A DNA stretch of 64,000 bases from an uncultured delta proteobacterium (lineage in GTDB: Bacteria; Desulfobacterota; Zymogenia; Zymogenales; Zymogenaceae): NCBI GenBank assembly GCA_963735595.1, contig CAVTLK010000002.1:1-64000 (forward strand). The letters run 5' to 3'. The translations under genes were made by a program, and so were the position numbers. This document shows positions 10,646 to 20,710 of this stretch, piece after piece. The notes under the pieces were generated by a model. That model worked only from the letters and a program-made list of their open reading frames with translations, was not told the DNA's origin and did no database searches. Position 1 is the first letter of the stretch. Every line of letters begins with the position of its first letter.

Positions 10646-10673
10646 CTATCGGCAGGACTGGACGAGAGTTTGA
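10646..10673 (-). promoter_or_regulatory. sigma28 (FliA/WhiG)-type promoter
   Basis: Minus strand reads TCAAA-ctctcgtccagtcct(15 nt)-GCCGATAG, ~60 nt upstream of the HDOD ATG; consensus TAAA-N15-GCCGATAA. Confidence 0.65.
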
Positions 10674-11362
10674 GCGGCGCCGTTGCAGCGGCGCCCAGGC
10701 GCGCAGCCGGATGCGCGGGCGACGGGCAGCACGCGAAACCCGTCGCCCGGCCCGGCTCGACGCGATAGGCGCACCCGGTTCCGTGCACGACGACGTCGCC
10801 TCCGCGGACCTCCAGGCACGTGTGCTCGTCGATCGCCCAGCCGTCGTCCACCAGACCGCGGGAGACGGCGTGCACGAGCCGCGTCAGCGTGCCCCACGAC
10901 GTCGCGTGGACGTCGACGGCGAACGGCGTCAGCCCCAGGCCCGGGCGCGGCTCGACCTGCGTCGAGATCCTCGGCGGCGTCGGAGGAGCAGACCGCCAGG
11001 TCGCCGATCCGCCAGCCGCCCACGATCGCGGAGGTCGCCGCGACCGCGGCGCCCGCCGAGAAGCCCGCGTACGGCACGTCCGCGGGCAGCCAGTCACCGC
11101 CGCCGTCCACCAGCAGCTCGCGGTACAGCGGCGTGCGGCCGCCGGCGACGTAGATGCCCGGCGGCCCCCGACACGTCGGCGGCGCGCACCGGGCGCCCGG
11201 GCGCGAGCACGACGACCTCCACGTGCCTCGCGCCCGCGCTGCGCAGCCCGCCGACCAGCGGGCGCCGTCCACCCCGTCGCCGTCGTCGACCGCCAGGCAG
11301 ACGATCGCGCCGTCGCCGACGGCCTCGCACGAACGGGCGATGGCTCGCGGCGACGCCGTCCG
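10646..11362 (-). CDS. Peptidase S51 / cyanophycinase-like protein, 5' end cut at junction, frameshifted
   Basis: GIYVAGGRTPLY, YAGFSAGAAV (GxSAG nucleophile), GLGLTPFAVDVHATSWGTLTRL, WAIDEHT; 3' end approximate. Confidence 0.8.
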   Translation of the reverse strand, partial: RTASPRAIARSCEAVGDGAIVCLAVDDGDGVDGARWSAGCAARARGTWRSSCSRPGARCAPPTCRGPPGIYVAGGRTPLYRELLVDGGGDWLPADVPYAGFSAGAAVAATSAIVGGWRIGDLAVCSSDAAEDLDAGRAAPGPGADAVRRRRPRDVVGHADAARARRLPRSGGRRLGDRRAHVPGGPRRRRRRARNRVRLSRRAGPGDGFRVLPVARASGCAPGRRCNGAAQTLVQSCR

Positions 11363-11400
11363 TTTTCATCGGGTACGCCCATTCTAACGTCGCCGTTAAT
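11340..11400. other. Compositional junction between two unrelated genomes (probable chimera or concatenation)
   Basis: GC 45/60 in line 11281 vs 26/60 in line 11401; genes on both sides lack their 5' ends at this point. Confidence 0.9.
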
Positions 11401-13508
11401 CCCGCGCCTTTCGCGCATACCGTTTATAACTATATCCATACTTGTCAGCTTATTCTTGTTGTTGCCGTACTCGGGATAGTGGGACTTCTTATCATCCACT
11501 GTATCAAAGGATTCTGGTTCTCAAAGGACGGCTCTAAACCCCTTGTTCATGCGGTGTTCATCGGTCAGCTGGCATTACTCGTATACGTCTATCTCAGGTC
11601 ATATATAAATTACCTGATCGGGGTAGTTATCCCCATAACGGCACTCGATGTTATAGCCATTAGCGTCCTTCTTCTTTTCATCCTCCAAAGAAAAGGGGAG
11701 ATCGCTACACTCATAAAAGGGCTGAACGTCAATAGGGACGACTACCTCATAACCCTGTATTTTGTATGGCTCTTGTTTTTGATTATCGCCAACAAAGAGC
11801 TTCCCCGGATAGCGATGCTTTCCTCGGATTCGGACCAGCACGCCTTCTTCGCCAGGCAGATTCTGCGATTTCATACCCTGCCTTTTACGCAGTACTACTG
11901 GGGGAACCAGCCCCTGCATTACCCGGGAGGGTTTGCGGTACTGAATTTCCTGTGGTCAACGATAAGCTGTCTGGACGTTCTCGCTGTCGTGACCGCCCAA
12001 CGGTTGATCCAAACGCAGTTGGCGATACTGCTACTTGCGGAGTGTGCGCGGGCGGTTGTTGCTCCTACCGTTATCAAGGGACGGGCATATTTCGTCTTCA
12101 TGTCCCTGGTCTTCTGCATCTACTACGGCGTTTTCCCGGAAGGGTTTGAAACGGTTTTCTTTTCCCAGGAACATACGGCCATATTCAGCACGCTCTTCTT
12201 CGTCGCGATGGTCTTCAGCTTCATCTTCTTTGTATGGATGGGCAGGGGAAACACGCGATACCGGGATAGCCTGAACGTTCCCCTCAATACTACCGCTGTG
12301 GTACTGATAGGCGGCGTACTGGCGGTCATACATCCGGCGGCAGCCCTCTATGTCGCGATCCCATGTTGTCTCGGGCTCATCGTTCTGTGGGGCAGAAACG
12401 GGAAGCGGGGCGACTGGATACGCGTGGCGGCGATTCTGCCGATTGCGGTGCTTCCGCTCCTCGATCCATACTACGCCACGTTTCTGTCCGATTTGCTGTC
12501 TCCCGCGGCGTCCACCAGCGGGGGCGCGGGGAACGAGGGGCTTTTCCCGGCGTTTATTGCAGCAGCGGCGGACCATTTCCAGGGCATTGTGCCGATCCTT
12601 TCTCTCTTCCAAACCGGCCTCCTCGACAACACCCTCAACATACACCTCATGGCGGCTATGGTCCTTTCTGTTCTCTTCGTCTGTATCCGGGACTATGTAC
12701 AATGCGATTTCTGTGGCTGATACTAGTGTCCGGATCTGTCCTGGTGCTGACCACTGTATTCTTGACGGGGCTATCGGATGCCCATGCTGACACCTTTCTT
12801 CGCCCCGGGGCCGTTATTATCCCCGGAGCAATCGGTGCCCCGTGGCAGCCCAACATACGATGCCTGTCTTTCTACGTAACGCTGCACGCGTCGCGGTACA
12901 TGCTCATCTGGTTTCTTCTGGGCACCGGTGTTGTCCTTGCATCGGTTCTGAGCCGCTTCGACCGCAGGAATATCGTGCTCAGCGTGCTGATCGCCGTTCT
13001 CGCTTTTGTGATCGTGTCGGAAAACCACACCGAAAAAGTCAATATATTCCTCCCACGTAAATACATGTCGGGTAGCTTCGAGGAGGTTACCTCAGACGAT
13101 CTCGCCGTGATACGGAGGATCGAAGGCTTATTCCGGGAATACCGCGAGGCGGGCCGCAGCCTTGACTATCACGAGATTCCGAGGATCCTGATCCTCAACG
13201 AAGCCCTTGTGGTCCGTGACAAGATATGGTTGTTCCCCCGGGGTGCGTCCCGGATCCTGCCGCTGTACGACGTTTTCCCCGTATCGTTTTTCTACTACCA
13301 GGGGATGAGCCTATTCAGCTACGAGAACTATATGCGGCACGTCCACGATACCTTCGACGTGGAGTGGCTTCTGGAGAACAATATACGGTACCTCTTTATA
13401 CCGTCCGACAGGGGTGGGGCCGTTATTGAAGGGCTGGATGCTATCATTGAAAACGGGAAGGTGCTTTTCGAGGAAAACGACTGTATGTTTATTGAGATAA
13501 CCCGGTAG
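11363..13508 (+). CDS. Polytopic membrane protein, GT-C-fold glycosyltransferase-like (no start visible; frameshift near 12,700)
   Basis: More than 10 hydrophobic segments; loop SSDSDQHAFFARQI...HYPGGF; soluble C-terminal domain ending in LLENNIRYLFI... Confidence 0.6.
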
Positions 13509-13628
13509 ACATCGCGATGCTTTTTCTCTATCCCGGCAGGTACTTTTGTGCTTACGTCCGTGTGGGTAAGAAGCAATTAGCGCGATTAATTCCAACCGAG
13601 AATGGCCCAACGACGAAGGGCCAACGAC

Positions 13629-13660
13629 AAAAGGGGCCAGGCGAACGCCTGACCCCTTTA
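13629..13660 (-). terminator. Intrinsic terminator downstream of tRNA-Pro
   Basis: Minus strand aaggggtcaggcg-tt-cgcctggcccctttt. Confidence 0.8.
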
Positions 13661-13667
13661 TAATCAA

Positions 13668-13746
13668 TGGTCGGGATGAGAGGATTTGAACCTCCGACCT
13701 CCTGCTCCCGAAGCAGGCGCGCTAAACCAGGCTGCGCTACACCCCG
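13668..13746 (-). tRNA. tRNA-Pro (CGG)
   Basis: cggggtgtagcgcagcctggtttagcgcg cctgc-tt-CGG-ga-gcagg aggtcggaggttcaaatcctctcatcccgaCCA. Confidence 0.97.
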
Positions 13747-13778
13747 ACGAATTTCTCATTATATCTGATTATTCAGAG

Positions 13779-14438
13779 CTATTCAATACTCTTTTTCAAT
13801 TTTTTTATGGCCGCCGCGTAATCCGGCCTGGAAAAGACCGCCGAGCCCGCCACAAAGACGTCCACTCCCGCCCGGGCGGCAGCGGCGATGGTCTCGTCGG
13901 TAATGCCGCCGTCAATCTCGATGATCACGTCGGCAAGGTTACGTTCGGCCAGCATCGATTTGAGCCGCGCCGCCTTATCCAGCGTGTAGGGGATGAGCGT
14001 TTGACCGCCGAAGCCCGGGTTGACGCTCATGATCAGCACGAGGTCAACCATGGGCAGCACCTCCTGGACCGCGGCAAGCGGCGTCGAGGGATTAAGGGAG
14101 ATCCCCGCCTTCTTCCCGAGGGATCGTATCTCGCGCAGGGTCCGATCGGTATGGACGGAGGCCTCGGCGTGGATCGTGATGATGTCGGCTCCCGCCTGCG
14201 CAAACGCCGCTACGTAGCGCTCCGGCCTTTCGATCATCAGGTGAACGTCCAGCACCAGGCGGGTCGTCGCCCGGATCGATTTGACGACCGGCGGCCCGAT
14301 GGTGATGTTGGGCACGAATACCCCATCCATCACGTCAACGTGGATCCAATCGGCCCCCGCGGCCTCGACCGCCCTGATCTCATCGCCGAGTCGCGAGAAA
14401 TCGGCCGAAAGGATTGAGGGAGCGATTTTCTTTTCCAT
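13779..14438 (-). CDS. rpe: Ribulose-phosphate 3-epimerase
   Basis: IAPSILSADF, HVDVMDG, DVHLMI, MSVNPGFGGQ, EIDGG, VAGSAVF. Confidence 0.98.
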   Translation of the reverse strand: MEKKIAPSILSADFSRLGDEIRAVEAAGADWIHVDVMDGVFVPNITIGPPVVKSIRATTRLVLDVHLMIERPERYVAAFAQAGADIITIHAEASVHTDRTLREIRSLGKKAGISLNPSTPLAAVQEVLPMVDLVLIMSVNPGFGGQTLIPYTLDKAARLKSMLAERNLADVIIEIDGGITDETIAAAARAGVDVFVAGSAVFSRPDYAAAIKKLKKSIE

Positions 14439-14561
14439 TATCCGTCCTTACAACGCTTCCTCCTATATACCGTATCGGGGCCTCCTTGTCAATAAACCTT
14501 GACTTTGCATGACACAATATTGTAAAGTTTTCGAATAATTCGTGCAGAAAGGGGGCGGGCG

Positions 14562-15215
14562 GTGTCGGAACGTGATAAGCTCTATGAAAAATTCGGCAAA
14601 TCGGCGCCGAAGGGAACCGTGATCTTCAGCGAGGGCGAGAGCGGCCACGAGATGTACGTCATCCACGAGGGTAAGGTAAAGATCACCAAAAAGATCCGGG
14701 CGATGGAGACTATCCTGGCCGAGCTGGACAGGGGCGACTTCTTCGGAGAGATGGCGATCCTCGAGAAGGAGGTGCGTTCCGCCACGGCGACGGCCGCCAC
14801 CGACGTAAAGCTCCTGGTTATCGATGAAAAGACGTTTGAGACGACGATCCGTACCAATCCCGACGTGGCCATCCGGATCATGCGGAAGTTAGCCGGCCGG
14901 CTGCGGGACGCGGATCACCGAATCGAGAACCTCTTTATCAAGGATACTACCAGTAAGGTTGTGGACATGATCGGAAAGATCGCCGTAAAGGAAGGCAAAA
15001 AGACCAAGAACGGCATCGTCGTGGAGCTTCCGATCACGGATCTCGCCGGGTTCGTGGGCATCGAGGTCGAAAAGACGAGGCGGGTGGTCGAGAGCCTGGC
15101 CGAGAAGAGCTTCCTCTCGATTGAGGGGGATGTTCTCACCATCAAGAATCCCCAAAACCTCAAGAAAGTCCTGGACTACCTCGAGTTGAAGGAACAGCTG
15201 GGGGATATTATCTGA
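14562..15215 (+). CDS. Crp/Fnr-family cNMP-binding regulator with divergent HTH
   Basis: IFSEGESGHEMYVI, GDFFGEMAIL...RSATA; C-terminal winged helix lacks RETVSR. Confidence 0.88.
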   Translation: MSERDKLYEKFGKSAPKGTVIFSEGESGHEMYVIHEGKVKITKKIRAMETILAELDRGDFFGEMAILEKEVRSATATAATDVKLLVIDEKTFETTIRTNPDVAIRIMRKLAGRLRDADHRIENLFIKDTTSKVVDMIGKIAVKEGKKTKNGIVVELPITDLAGFVGIEVEKTRRVVESLAEKSFLSIEGDVLTIKNPQNLKKVLDYLELKEQLGDII

Positions 15216-15236
15216 GGGAATAGAATATCTGACCGG

Positions 15237-15752
15237 CTAAAACTCCACCTCCACATCCCCCGCGCACGTATCCCCATCTATCATCCGGCAGCGGACGACC
15301 TCCGGGGCCGTGTACTTCACCCCGAGGGAATCGAGCCAGCACAGAACCCGGTAGATCACGCCGCACTCGTATTGTTCGATAATCCCGACCCGCGATATCC
15401 CCTTGTAGGCAAAGCAGTGTTTCGGCTTGAACTCCCAGTGGAAGGTGTTTTCGGCCGGGAACGAAAAGGTCGCGTTCATGAAATCGGGAACGAAGAGAGT
15501 GCTTGCGCGCTCGAAGAACTCCGCCAACTCCCCAAACGTCTCGATTGTCTCCTTTTCGAGCCCAAAGACCTTTTTCATCCGCCCGATCTCGAGGGGCGCG
15601 AGCATCGCGATGGCCGCCTTGTTGAGCCGGTTAGCCTCCGCGATCCCGAAGGCCTGCATCGTATGGTAGAACCACATCCCGTCGTGGGTCATCCAGCAGC
15701 GCCCCAGCAGATCGATGATCTCCTTTTTTGTCAGTTCGTCGACCGATTTCAT
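15237..15752 (-). CDS. DUF6125-like hypothetical protein
   Basis: CWMTHDGMWFY...EANRLN; conserved-looking Cys in CFAYKG, YECG, C-terminal CxxxxxxxC. Confidence 0.65.
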   Translation of the reverse strand: MKSVDELTKKEIIDLLGRCWMTHDGMWFYHTMQAFGIAEANRLNKAAIAMLAPLEIGRMKKVFGLEKETIETFGELAEFFERASTLFVPDFMNATFSFPAENTFHWEFKPKHCFAYKGISRVGIIEQYECGVIYRVLCWLDSLGVKYTAPEVVRCRMIDGDTCAGDVEVEF

Positions 15753-15884
15753 GAGATGCCCCTTTCTGGGTGAAGGAGAGATTCGAGAGAGGAAGCGGTC
15801 TCGCACGGCCGCGTGCAAATTAGCGGATACGTCCGCTAATGGAGCCCTTAAGTCAGCGTGAGAGCTGCGGGCCTGCGATGAGGT

Positions 15885-16634
15885 CTAGTCCAATTCGCTC
15901 AGGATCACCGGGCCGTCGTCGGTTATCGCGATCGAATGCTCGAAGTGGGCCGACAGCGACCCGTCGGCGGTCACCACCGTCCAGCCGTCCGGAAGCACCT
16001 TTACCGACCACCCGCCGACGTTGACCATCGGCTCGATGGCAAAGGTCATCCCGGCCTTGAGCCTGATTCCGGTTCCCGCTTTCCCGTAATTGGGGATCTG
16101 GGGCTCCTCGTGCATGTCGCGGCCGATCCCGTGCCCGACGAACTGGCGCACCACCGAAAAACCGGCGGCCGTCACGTGGGCCTCGACGGCCGAGGAGATA
16201 TCATAGAGGCGGTTACCGGTCCTCGCCTGTTCGATTCCCCTGTAGAGCGACTCCCTCGTGACCCGGATGAGCTCCTGCGCCCGGGGAGGCACATCGCCGG
16301 CCGCCACCGTAACCGCAAGGTCTCCCACAAACCCGTCCTTGACCGCGCCGATATCCAGGCTCACCAGATCCCCCTCGCCGATCTTCCGGCTGGACGGTAT
16401 CCCGTGCACCACCTCATCGTTCAGCGAGACGCACAGGCTCTTGGGATACCCTTGGTAGCCGAGGAAGGCAGGCTTCGCCCCCCGAGACAGAATCTGCTCC
16501 CGGGCGATATCGTCCAGCCGGCCGGTCTCGACGCCGGGCTTGACGGCCTTTACCACCTCCGCCAGGGCCTCGGCCGCCACCCGGTTCGCTCGCCGCAGGG
16601 CGGCGATGTCGTCGCGTGATTTGATGATGATCAT
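15885..16634 (-). CDS. map: Methionine aminopeptidase type I
   Basis: CVSLNDEVVHGIP, DIG...GD, GHGIGRDMHEEP, AIEPM, SAHFEHSI. Confidence 0.98.
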   Translation of the reverse strand: MIIIKSRDDIAALRRANRVAAEALAEVVKAVKPGVETGRLDDIAREQILSRGAKPAFLGYQGYPKSLCVSLNDEVVHGIPSSRKIGEGDLVSLDIGAVKDGFVGDLAVTVAAGDVPPRAQELIRVTRESLYRGIEQARTGNRLYDISSAVEAHVTAAGFSVVRQFVGHGIGRDMHEEPQIPNYGKAGTGIRLKAGMTFAIEPMVNVGGWSVKVLPDGWTVVTADGSLSAHFEHSIAITDDGPVILSELD

Positions 16635-16885
16635 ACGATGTATACCCTGTCCGGTTACCACGGCCGCCCGGCCTCCGGCCGGAATGCCCCGCGTTCCGCC
16701 GGCTGAGAACGGCCCCGTTGCCGGTTGACGATTCTGCCTGTGAGAGGATCTCCCGCGTCGCGGTTTGGTTCGACTATTGTTCTATACCACAGATGTCCGT
16801 GCTTGACAATAGCGTTGCGGAAGATCAAAAATTTTCTTGCACTTATCGTCGATTTCGATATACTACAACATAAATAAAGATAGAT

Positions 16886-17605
16886 GTGACGCATACTATG
16901 AATGAAGTTCTCAAAAGACTCCCGATTTTTAAAAACCTCGGCCAGGCCGAGCTGGCGAGCCTCGCGGAGCGGGCGATCCGAAAGCGGTTTCCGAAAGACA
17001 GCATCATTGTCCAGGAAGACGACGTGGGAGATTCCCTCATGGTCATCCTCACGGGGAGGGTCAAGGTCGTCCTCAACTCCGAGGAAGGAAAGGAGATCAT
17101 CCTTTCCATACTCAAGGACGGAGATTTCTTCGGCGAAATGTCCCTGCTTGACGGAGAGCCCCGTTCGGCTACCGTTATCGCGATGGAGGATTCCACGTTC
17201 CTGGTCATACAGCGTAACGATTTTCTCTACCAGATCGAAAAGAATCCGTCAATCGCCAAGGCAATCCTTTCAGAAATGAGCCAGCGGATGCGACGGGCCG
17301 ACGAGCGTATCGGGAATCTCATCCTTCTTGACGTCTACGGCAGGATCGCCCGATTCCTGCTGGACCTGGCACGCACCGAGGGGACGAAGGTCGAGGGCGG
17401 GATCATGATAGAGAAACGGCCGACCCAGCAGGACATCGCCTCCATCGTCGGGACTTCGCGCGAGACCGTCTCGCGGGTGCTCAACGAGCTGCACCGCCGC
17501 AGGCTCCTGTCGATATCGGGGAAGAGTATCACGATATTCGGTACCGATGAGATATTCGACGACGATCTGGCGGCAAAACTCCTCACCAAGGGCATTGATG
17601 TGTAA
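16886..17605 (+). CDS. Crp/Fnr-family transcriptional regulator (canonical CRP-like)
   Basis: FFGEMSLLDGEPRSATV; TQQDIASIVGTSRETVSRVL; start may be ATG 16898. Confidence 0.95.
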   Translation: MTHTMNEVLKRLPIFKNLGQAELASLAERAIRKRFPKDSIIVQEDDVGDSLMVILTGRVKVVLNSEEGKEIILSILKDGDFFGEMSLLDGEPRSATVIAMEDSTFLVIQRNDFLYQIEKNPSIAKAILSEMSQRMRRADERIGNLILLDVYGRIARFLLDLARTEGTKVEGGIMIEKRPTQQDIASIVGTSRETVSRVLNELHRRRLLSISGKSITIFGTDEIFDDDLAAKLLTKGIDV

Positions 17606-17664
17606 CGCCCGTTCCCTTTTCCCCATCGTCTTTACCGGCGCGAAATCGGCGACGGCCCAATAAA

Positions 17665-20103
17665 ATGCCTCAATCCGACCAAGAAAGAGACCTTGTGACG
17701 GTCGTCCCGGCGACCGGGCTTGACCTGGCGCTGACCTACCGGCTCGGGGCCGAGTTTTCCGGGAAGGCGGCGGTCGGCAGCCGGGTGCTCATCCCGCTCG
17801 GCAGGCGGGTAGTGACCGGGTTCATTATCGCCAGGGGGGGCGCATACTCCGGCGAGATCAGGGACGTCATCGACCTGCTGGATTCGGAGCCCCTGTTTGA
17901 CGACGGAACGTTCCGGTTCTTTCGGTTTCTGGCAGACTATTATGGGGCCCCGCTCGGCGAGGTAATCAGGAAGGCGCTTCCGAGCGGATTTACAATCCAG
18001 ACGCGGCGAATCGTGCGCGCGGCCGGCGACTATAATACCGTTGACCCGCTCGAAGGGCGTATCATCGAGCTTTCCCGGGCTCCCGGCGGTATCAGCGTGG
18101 GCGGGCTTATGAAACGCCTCGGCACGACAGGCATCTCGTACCGGCTGGATAAGCTTACCCGTGCGGGTGCCGTTGTCGTCGAGGAGGGGGCTGCTTCCCG
18201 GGCCCGGGGCACGATGCGCCGCGGCGTCAGGATCGTCAAGCCGAGGGAATGGGAGCCGCCGGCCGAGCTCGAAAAGGCGCTCTCCCGATCCCCTAAGCTG
18301 AGTCAAATCCTATCGGCGCTGCGCAACGAGGGCGAAATGGAGTACGCCGCGCTCCTCAAGCGGTGGGGGGCGGTCTCCGGCCAGGTCAGGCGGCTGGCAG
18401 AATGGGGGGCGGTGGACGTCGTCACGGAGTACCGGGAACAGGCCGTTGCCGCCGCCGATATGCCCACCGAAAGACCGGAAGAGCTCACGGAGGCCCAGGG
18501 GGCCGCGATTGAAGAGATCGGCGCGTCCATCGATTCGGGGGGTTTCTCGGCCTATCTTCTCTACGGAGTCACCGGCAGCGGCAAGACCGAGGTCTATATT
18601 CGGGCGGTCCAAAGGGCCCTGGAAATGGGCAAGGGGGCTATCGTTCTTGTCCCGGAGATTGCCCTCACCCCGCAGTTGACGGCACAGTTCTCATCGCGCC
18701 TCGGGCAGACGGTAGCCCTGTTTCACAGCGGGCTTTCCGACGGCCAGCGCCTGGATCAGTGGTGGCGGGTGAAGACGAAAAAGGCCCGGGTGGCCGTCGG
18801 CGCCCGGTCCGCCCTCTTCGCGCCGTTTCCCGATCCCGGCGTCATAATCGTGGACGAGGAGCACGACCCTTCCTATAAGCAGGGCGAGACGCCCCGTTAC
18901 CACGCCCGGGACGCCGCGGTGATGCTGGCTAGGATCAAACAAGCGGTGGTCGTTCTCGGGTCGGCAACGCCCTCGCTGGAGAGCGTCCACAACGCCCGAA
19001 CGGGCCGCTACCGGAGGCTCGTTCTTCCGGACCGCGTAACCAAGATGAGGCGGCTGCCCGAGGTCGAGATCGTAGATATGCGGGAGGCCGTGTTTGCCAC
19101 CCGAAACATTACCGAGCGACTTGCCGACGAGATCAGAAGCGCCGTAGAGGCGCGGCGCCAGGCAATCCTCCTGCTGAATAGGCGCGGATTTTCTTCTTTT
19201 ATTCTCTGCCCGAACTGCGGCCATAACTTTCCCTGCCCTTCCTGCAGTATCACCCTGACCTACCACAAGGGGCCGGGTAAGCTCCTGTGCCACTACTGCG
19301 ATTACACGATGCCCGCGCCGGACGTCTGTCCCGAGTGCGCGGGATATAACCTCATACAAATGGGTGCCGGCGTTCAGCGGGTCCAGGAGGAGCTTGCCTC
19401 CATCGTGGGTGAGGCGCGTATCCTCCGCCTCGACCGTGACGCGGCGCAAAAGCGGGGCGAGACGGAGAAGATCCTGACGGCCTTTTCACGGCATCAGGCC
19501 GATATCCTCATCGGGACACAGATGGTGGCAAAGGGACATGATTTCCCGGACGTAACGCTGGTTGGCGTCATCAACGCCGACGTTGCCCTCAATCTGCCCG
19601 ATTTTCGGGCGGGCGAGCGAACGTTTACCCTGCTTGCCCAGGCGGCGGGGAGGGCGGGCCGGGGCGATACGCCCTCGAAGGTTATTATCCAGACCTATAA
19701 CCCCGGGCACTACGCGGTAACCGCCGCCTCGATGCACGATTTTGACGGGTTTGCCGAGCGCGAAATCGCCGCACGGCAGGAGCTCTCATATCCGCCCTTT
19801 TGCCGGCTGGCGCTGGTCAGGATAAACGGACCGGATGCGGCCGCGGTCCGGCGTGAATCGGCCCGGGTACGCGACGAGTTCGCGGGCATAGTCACGCAAA
19901 GAGGGCTCGGCCTGATAGTCATGGGCCCGGTGCCGGCGCCCATCGAACGTATCAGGGACCGGCACCGATACCAGATCCTCATAAAGGCGGCGCGGCGCCA
20001 GGATATATATGAGTTACTCACCGCGTCGCGGCTTTTTGGCGGCCCGGTGAAACACTCGGGTGTCGCGATATCGGTTGATATCGATCCGATGGATATGCTA
20101 TAA
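17665..20103 (+). CDS. priA: Primosomal protein N' (replication restart helicase)
   Basis: GVTGSGKTEVY, VPEIALTPQ, DEEH, four CxxC, GTQMVAKGHDFP, DIDP. Confidence 0.98.
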   Translation: MPQSDQERDLVTVVPATGLDLALTYRLGAEFSGKAAVGSRVLIPLGRRVVTGFIIARGGAYSGEIRDVIDLLDSEPLFDDGTFRFFRFLADYYGAPLGEVIRKALPSGFTIQTRRIVRAAGDYNTVDPLEGRIIELSRAPGGISVGGLMKRLGTTGISYRLDKLTRAGAVVVEEGAASRARGTMRRGVRIVKPREWEPPAELEKALSRSPKLSQILSALRNEGEMEYAALLKRWGAVSGQVRRLAEWGAVDVVTEYREQAVAAADMPTERPEELTEAQGAAIEEIGASIDSGGFSAYLLYGVTGSGKTEVYIRAVQRALEMGKGAIVLVPEIALTPQLTAQFSSRLGQTVALFHSGLSDGQRLDQWWRVKTKKARVAVGARSALFAPFPDPGVIIVDEEHDPSYKQGETPRYHARDAAVMLARIKQAVVVLGSATPSLESVHNARTGRYRRLVLPDRVTKMRRLPEVEIVDMREAVFATRNITERLADEIRSAVEARRQAILLLNRRGFSSFILCPNCGHNFPCPSCSITLTYHKGPGKLLCHYCDYTMPAPDVCPECAGYNLIQMGAGVQRVQEELASIVGEARILRLDRDAAQKRGETEKILTAFSRHQADILIGTQMVAKGHDFPDVTLVGVINADVALNLPDFRAGERTFTLLAQAAGRAGRGDTPSKVIIQTYNPGHYAVTAASMHDFDGFAEREIAARQELSYPPFCRLALVRINGPDAAAVRRESARVRDEFAGIVTQRGLGLIVMGPVPAPIERIRDRHRYQILIKAARRQDIYELLTASRLFGGPVKHSGVAISVDIDPMDML

Positions 20104-20188
20104 TTAAATAGATATATGAAGAGGAAAAAACCGTACGGCGGCCGTATCGGTCGCCGCATTTTCAAAATACGTAACATCTGAGTGTTGT

Positions 20189-20710
20189 ATGGCGATTCTC
20201 ACTATTGTGACCTTCCCCGATCCGATCCTTTCGCGTAAGGCCGAACGGGTCGCAGAGGCTAATGGGGACGTAAAGAAGCTCATGGAGGACATGCTGGAGA
20301 CGATGTATTCGGCCCCCGGTGTGGGGCTTGCGGCCCCGCAGGTTGGTGTGGACAAACGGATCATCGTCGTTGATGCGGGGGGCGAGGAAAAACCGCAGCC
20401 AATCATGCTGGCCAACCCCGAGATCGTCTCCTGCGAGGGAGAACTCGCCTACGAGGAGGGGTGCCTGTCGCTTCCCGAATTCCGCGAGAAGATCACGCGC
20501 AGCGAGAAGGTCCGCGTGTGCGGGATTAACGAAAGGGGGGAGGAGGCGGTCTACGATGCCGAGGGACTGTTAGCCGTGGTCTTTCAGCACGAGATCGATC
20601 ACCTGGACGGCGTCCTGCTCATCAACAGAGTGAGCGGCCTCAAGCGGGATATCTATAAGCGTAAGGTCAGGAAAGGTCTCATTAAAAAGGACGGCGAAGA
20701 CGATGAGTGA
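20189..20710 (+). CDS. def: Peptide deformylase
   Basis: GVGLAAPQVG, EGCLS, QHEIDHLDG. Confidence 0.98.
   Translation: MAILTIVTFPDPILSRKAERVAEANGDVKKLMEDMLETMYSAPGVGLAAPQVGVDKRIIVVDAGGEEKPQPIMLANPEIVSCEGELAYEEGCLSLPEFREKITRSEKVRVCGINERGEEAVYDAEGLLAVVFQHEIDHLDGVLLINRVSGLKRDIYKRKVRKGLIKKDGEDDE

Noticed and set aside
10630..12720. 696-aa ORF as a novel fusion protein
   Set aside because: N-terminal third is antisense read-through of GC-rich DNA across the chimeric junction
13607..13638. Short tandem ccaacgac..aaggg repeat
   Set aside because: Two degenerate copies merging into the tRNA terminator; no further support
1..13746. Actinobacterial island integrated at tRNA-Pro
   Set aside because: No integrase or att duplicate; the left part carries core genes; genes are cut mid-sequence at the junction
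16885..16900. CRP autoregulatory site (TGTGA)
   Set aside because: Second half-site reads CTATG, not TCACA
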